From Emiliania huxleyi CCMP1516 (lineage: Eukaryota), in the NCBI RefSeq assembly GCF_000372725.1, contig NW_005201191.1, positions 293,882 through 327,997 on the forward strand: DNA of 34,116 bases, given 5' to 3'. The notes below the pieces were generated by a model. That model was not told where the DNA came from. It made no database searches and saw only the letters and a list, made by a program, of their open reading frames with translations. The position numbers and the translations under genes are program-made. Each line of letters opens with the position of its first letter. The stretch's first letter is position 1. Shown here piece after piece: positions 29,137-34,116 of this stretch.

Positions 29137-29192
29137 GGTAAGGTAAGGTAAGGTAAACGTCTCCACACACACAAAGTGGTGGGGCAAGGGGG
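29137..29192 (-). mobile_element. 3' end of the (TTACC)-tailed element, with a longer tail
   Basis: GGTAAGGTAAGGTAAGGTAAACGTCTCCACACACACAAAGTGGTGGGGCAAGGGGG matches the copies at 5917 and 23771. Confidence 0.65.
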
Positions 29193-29832
29193 TACGACCG
29201 CCTCGCAGCACCAGCAGCCAGTAGCACTCTGCGAGACGAGCAAATCTGGGGGTACCCAATACCCAAACTCCGGGCCGGTGTGCGGGGAGCGGACCTTAAC
29301 GACCGCCCAGAAGCTTTCTGAGCGAACCAATCGGGCCAGGATCATCAGCATATGTCCCCTCCACAACATCGTGGGCGTTTGAGCGGGGTATTTGAGGAGC
29401 ACCGCCACTCTGAAGTTCGGCCGGGTGGTCTGCAGAACCCCCCCCTCGGAGCAGGGGAAACCCAAAGCGCAGAGCCAACCCTCGGAGACCCGTGTTTACT
29501 TTACGGCCCAGTTTCCCTGCGAACGCGCACCCCCCAGCGCCCAGGGCTAGGGCTCTCTTGCCCGCAACCCGATGCCGAGCATCCCCGTCCGCGGCCCGCT
29601 GGGTGTGCTTCTTAGGATCTTAGCTCCCCGGCCCTGGATGTGAGGTTACTGACTGCACTCCAAGTGCTCCAAGATTGGCGTCGAACCACCAGCCCGACGC
29701 GCACCACAGTTAGATGTTTGCGGGCTCGTCGTCGCGACCTTCACCCGGCAGGGCTTCTGCGCGCTCCTCGCTCAGCGGGTCGCCGCAGCCAATGGAGGCG
29801 CCGGCCTGGTCCAATCGCTGGTCGCGCGCGCA

Positions 29833-32800
29833 TTTTTCTTTTTTTTTTTGAGAGCGCCTTCGTTGTTAATAGTACAAACCCAATGGTCCTCTGCGAGCGG
29901 TCCTTCGTTGCAGTCGCACACACGCACACGCCGCGCCGCACCGCGCGCCCGCCCACCGCCCCGCCCAGGCGGGAAAGAGATGAGGAGATGGGACAGCGAA
30001 GGGGGAAGCACAAGCACGTATGGGAGGGTTCAGTAATGCGCCACGCTGCCCGGCGTCTCTCACTTTCCGGGACAGCCCCGCCCTTGTGAGGCAGGAAAGT
30101 GACGGCTACCCCGTACGCCCTGGTGCTGCTACCCCGACGCCGACCGCCCATTCTCCCCTCCTCGTTCCCCCCTCGAATGCTCCGGACCCCGACAAGCCGC
30201 CCGACGTTGGGCCTCCGCCCCGCACGCTCCCGCCCCTCTGCCCCTCACACACACCCAGGCCCGACATGCACATACAAGACAAACCCGGCGTCCTGCTCTC
30301 AAAAGAAAAGAAAAAATGGGAAGGAGGAGACCAGCGGGGGAGACTCCCCGCCTATGCAACACCCCAGAGAGGGGCTGCCATCGCCGAAGCTGTGCCTAAG
30401 CATAACTCCCAAACCCGCAGCGGCCCGGGGGGCCTTGGGGGCAGCCTGCCGGACCGCTGTTGCACGGGGCCAAGCACCAGGAGATGAGAGTAGTTGATGG
30501 ATCGGGCTGTCGACCGTGCCTCCCCTCTATACGTCAGAGTGAGACCTACGCCGCGCCGGGTAAGGAGCGCGCCCGGTCCTCGACGGAGCCGCGCGCCCCA
30601 AACGACCCAGGCGGCGAGTAGTCGTCCTCGAACCTTCGACTCGTAGTCGCCCGTGGTTAGCGCCCCTCCCCCCTCGCCCGTCCCTATTCATACTGCTCCC
30701 GAGGCGCCCGCGGCATCTCGCCGCCCATCTTCGGCCACGCGTTGTAGTCGAAGATGGCGGCGTTGCGCCTCGCGACGATGGCCGAGTGCACTTGCAGGAA
30801 GCGTTTGCGCTCGCTACTGACCCGCCATCGTTCGCTGTCGGAGGACGCCTTAGCGGCCTTGATGTCGAAGTTGGTGTTGAACCACGTCGCCGCCTCGTGC
30901 CCGATGCCGCCACGCGTGCTCGCCGCCCATGTCATAAAGTCGCAGTTTTTGGCGTCGCACGCCGCTGCCTTGGCCTTCCGCTTCGTCGCCTCGGCGTAGT
31001 CGGTGGCTAGGCGCTTGCCGCTCGCCAGCGGGCGCAGCTTGTCATGGTGCACCGCGGTGACGCACGTGCCGTCGTACACCACGGCGCGCGCCGACTCTGC
31101 ATAGTTGCCGAAGACGCCGTCGCCCCGCTGGTACGGGTTGGTGTCCGGATCGTGTGCCCGCGTCGGGTCCCTGCAGCCGAGCCTCACCTCCATGACCTTT
31201 GCCGAGGCGCCGAAGGCGCGGGCGACGTTCGTGACGTGGGTGTTGAGGGATGTGTGCCCCGTGGCCAGCCAGCCGCCGTAGTTGCACCCATCCCAGTGCG
31301 TGCCGTTGAGGTGCTCGAAGAGCGACAGCGTGCGCGGCACTCGCGCGTCGCCGATGTCGCACGGGACGCATCCCGTTAGCCTTGTGCGGTGGTAGATGCA
31401 CACCGAGTTAGGGCCCACGCCGACGCAGCGCGTGGCGAGGGTGATGGCGCCCTTGGGGTGGTTGAGGTAGCCCTGCGCCTCGTGGAGCCACGCCTTGTCG
31501 CTCAGCTCGACGTCCTTGTGGACGACGTCGATGCCGAGCACCGCGCCCGCCCCGAGTTGCTTCGTCGAGCGGAAGTGCGCTCGCGTCGCCGGGTGCACCT
31601 TCGGGTCGTTGACGATGGCGTCGAACATGTCTTGCTGCAGGGCGTTGTTGGCGACGTGCTGGAAGTGGCGCCCCGAGACCTGTTCGATCCCCTTGTAGTC
31701 GACGGAGCCGTCGTCCGCGACGATCTTGTTGCGGAGGGACCTCCAGTCGTCGGCGTCACTGTCCGGGCCGCTCGCGAAGCCCGCCGAATTGCTCACAAGC
31801 TCTTCGATGAACGCAATTGCCTCCGCTAGCATTGGCACGCCGGACGTGGCCCACTCGTTCGGGGGCGGCACCAATGGGGACACGTCCTCGAGCCGCCGCA
31901 GCAGATAGAGGACGTCGAGCACGCGCCCGGTCGAAGCGGCCGGCGCGATGAGTCGTGGGTGCGCCCAGCCGAAGCCGCCATTCCGCTGCGAGAGGTGCAT
32001 CGCCTCCTCGCACCGCCGCTCCGTCGGGCCGGCGGGGTTGGCGTCGTGCTGCACGTCGCGGATCTCAGAGGGGCTGGTGGCGGTGAGCGTGCGGAAGAGC
32101 TGCGCTTGCGTCTCGCCAGCGTACTCGAGCGGCTCGCGCGTGACCGAGGGCTCGCAACCACGGGCGACGTGGTTGAGCGCGGTTGACGCCTTGAGGGTGA
32201 AGCGTCCGAGGAGCTCGGCCGTCTGCCGCCCGAGCGCCGGCGTGAGCTTCTCGAGCACCCTCAGCTTGATCTCGTGCGCCCGCACCTTGTCCATGGCGAT
32301 GCCGGTGCGCGCTGCCGCTTCGTAGCCCACGCCGACGCCGTTGACTCGGAGCGCGTCGCGCAACACCGTCGGCCACTTGCGCTTTCCCTCGTGCATCTGC
32401 GACGGGAAGAGCTTGATGAAGCGCGCTACGTCAAGCTCCGTGTCCTGCCACTTCCGCGACTGCAGGATCTTGAACTTGCGCGCGTTCGCGGAGAGGTTGA
32501 GCTCTCGCTCCGAGAGCTTGACGTAGGCGGTGCACCACTCCGCCGCCCGTTCGATGTCGGCGGCCTCGCGGACGACGGTCGGCGCGTGGGCGTCGTCGGC
32601 GATGCACTTCGGCACAACCTCCGGGTACCTCTCCTTGAGCGGTTTAAGGACGAGGAAGCAGACGGCGATGCAGAAGCTCAGCATGGAGAAGAGGCCGCCT
32701 TGCGTGAAGCCGAGGCGGACGGCGAAGCGGTCCAGGCTGCCGTCGACGACTGTCAGCACCTCGCCGTGGTGGGTCCGCAGGAAGGCGAGGTCGTCGAGCG

Positions 32801-34116
32801 CTGCCTCTGCCGCCCGGACCACCTCGTCTGCGTCCTTGATGGCGAGCCGCGCCCGCGTCGCGTCGTCGAGCTGCTTGACCCACTCGATCAGCTTCAGGGT
32901 CGCTCGCGCCGACGAGTCGAGCAGGCTCGTCGAGTAGGCGTTGGAGTAGTCGAGGGCGATGATGATGGCGCGGCTTTCGAGCGCAGGTGAGTCGCAGTAC
33001 AGCTGCAGTGCCGTGGCGACGCCCTCGCCGCCGCTGGGCAGGCCGACGGCCATCTGACCGAAGCAGAGGAGCACGGGGCCGATGGTCTTCGCCGCCCAGC
33101 TCGCGCGCGCGCGCCACGCCTCCTTGAAGAGGGCCTCGCCCATGCCGATGGGTCGCGTGCCGGCGAGCATCGACGGCGTCCCGTCATCGAGGCGTTTGAG
33201 CAGCTGGGTCGAGAGCACCGTCGCCGCGATGCGTGTGATGCAGTCGGGGATGGCAAAGCGCTCGATCGCCTCGAACAGCACGACGAAGCCGCCCTCGAGC
33301 TCCTCAAAGAAGGGCTTGAGGTGCTCGGTGCGTAGGCCCGTGCCTGCGGGCTGCTTCTTGTAGCGCGCCGCCGCGAGGCGGGGCCGCCACTTCTCGGCGA
33401 GCTCCTTGACTCGCGCCTCGTCCCGGAGGTCCTCCCCGAGGCGGTGCATCGCGTCCTCCGGCTGGTTCATCCCGCGCTCCGCCCGCCAGCGGAGCAACGT
33501 GGCGCGTTCTGCCGACGACACGTCGGCGCAGAGGAGCAGGCGCAGCTGGGCGTACGCCAGGTCGCCGGGCGGGACGGACGGGACGTCCATCATCCGCGAC
33601 ATGGCCTGTCTGAGCCGTCGCTTGCGCGCCGCGTCTTGGATGAACTCGACCAGCTCCTCGCTCCGCTCCCTCTCCGACTTGCCTTGCTGCTTCGCGTGCG
33701 ACGCCATCGTCGGCAGCTTGTCCTCCCACTTGTGCGCGTTCCACAGCGACTCGAACTCGCCTGCGAAGAATCGGCACGCCCGCTCTTGTAGTGCCGCTTC
33801 CGGGGTGACGCCTGTCGGCGGCTTCGCGAGGAGCCAGCGCGGCATCGAGAGCAACAGGAGCCAGCGTTCCGGGCGGGCCAGGCCGCGACCGCGCGCCCCG
33901 GTGAGGGCGTCGATCACTGCCTGCATGACGGGTTGCACAGCTTGCGCGTCCCTCACGCCGAGGGAGTCCAGCGAGTTGCCACGCGTGGAAAGCAGCGCCA
34001 GGGAGTCGGGCGGCACCTGGTCTCGCAGGAAAGCGAGGGCGGTGGCGACCGGTGTCGACACGTCCCCGTCGTCCGTGCCGTCGCCCGTCGGGGCGCTGTC
34101 GCGGGCGAGGCGCGTG
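29833..34116 (-). mobile_element. RLE-type non-LTR retrotransposon including a putative ~850-nt 3' UTR ending in poly(A)
   Basis: Uninterrupted RT/RLE ORF. The minus strand reads TATTAACAACGAAGGCGCTCTC-A11GAAAAA at 29871-29833. The 3' boundary is inferred. Confidence 0.6.
30684..34115 (-). CDS. Reverse transcriptase + Cys/His motif + restriction-like endonuclease polyprotein of a non-LTR retrotransposon (CRE-like), 5'-partial
   Basis: The frame is open to the window edge. RT motifs: RPIGMGE, QMAVGLPSGGE, ALDYSNAY, GFTQGG, CIADD, LSANARK, NGGFG. C-terminal HWDGC, RGDG...VYDGTCV...EATKR...STRGGIG fit an RLE-type end. Confidence 0.9.
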   Translation of the reverse strand, partial: TRLARDSAPTGDGTDDGDVSTPVATALAFLRDQVPPDSLALLSTRGNSLDSLGVRDAQAVQPVMQAVIDALTGARGRGLARPERWLLLLSMPRWLLAKPPTGVTPEAALQERACRFFAGEFESLWNAHKWEDKLPTMASHAKQQGKSERERSEELVEFIQDAARKRRLRQAMSRMMDVPSVPPGDLAYAQLRLLLCADVSSAERATLLRWRAERGMNQPEDAMHRLGEDLRDEARVKELAEKWRPRLAAARYKKQPAGTGLRTEHLKPFFEELEGGFVVLFEAIERFAIPDCITRIAATVLSTQLLKRLDDGTPSMLAGTRPIGMGEALFKEAWRARASWAAKTIGPVLLCFGQMAVGLPSGGEGVATALQLYCDSPALESRAIIIALDYSNAYSTSLLDSSARATLKLIEWVKQLDDATRARLAIKDADEVVRAAEAALDDLAFLRTHHGEVLTVVDGSLDRFAVRLGFTQGGLFSMLSFCIAVCFLVLKPLKERYPEVVPKCIADDAHAPTVVREAADIERAAEWCTAYVKLSERELNLSANARKFKILQSRKWQDTELDVARFIKLFPSQMHEGKRKWPTVLRDALRVNGVGVGYEAAARTGIAMDKVRAHEIKLRVLEKLTPALGRQTAELLGRFTLKASTALNHVARGCEPSVTREPLEYAGETQAQLFRTLTATSPSEIRDVQHDANPAGPTERRCEEAMHLSQRNGGFGWAHPRLIAPAASTGRVLDVLYLLRRLEDVSPLVPPPNEWATSGVPMLAEAIAFIEELVSNSAGFASGPDSDADDWRSLRNKIVADDGSVDYKGIEQVSGRHFQHVANNALQQDMFDAIVNDPKVHPATRAHFRSTKQLGAGAVLGIDVVHKDVELSDKAWLHEAQGYLNHPKGAITLATRCVGVGPNSVCIYHRTRLTGCVPCDIGDARVPRTLSLFEHLNGTHWDGCNYGGWLATGHTSLNTHVTNVARAFGASAKVMEVRLGCRDPTRAHDPDTNPYQRGDGVFGNYAESARAVVYDGTCVTAVHHDKLRPLASGKRLATDYAEATKRKAKAAACDAKNCDFMTWAASTRGGIGHEAATWFNTNFDIKAAKASSDSERWRVSSERKRFLQVHSAIVARRNAAIFDYNAWPKMGGEMPRAPREQYE

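Overview
GC-rich eukaryotic genomic DNA. The frequent GC-AG introns filled with 10-11 bp tandem repeats suggest a haptophyte such as Emiliania/Gephyrocapsa huxleyi (inference). Most six-frame ORFs are shadow frames or repeat translations. The main result comes from manual splicing of 19314-28054 (minus strand). It yields one reading frame of roughly 1,750 aa: catalase-related heme domain, then a CYP152/CYP74-like cytochrome P450, then a lipoxygenase, each preceded by a long hydrophobic segment. This looks like a single-polypeptide oxylipin pathway. The only unresolved junction is a 100-N gap inside the P450 domain. Other genes: a spliced SMP-domain lipid-transfer protein (partial), a Myb/SANT-like HTH protein, an ankyrin + IRAK/Pelle-like kinase + RING protein, a small 4-TM protein, an ankyrin protein and a Cys-less thioredoxin-like protein. 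Mobile DNA includes a CRE-like RLE non-LTR retrotransposon and several short retroposon/MITE-like repeats. Many introns begin with a copy of the downstream exon's first bases, and two are expanded into 70-bp and 74-bp arrays of splice junctions.
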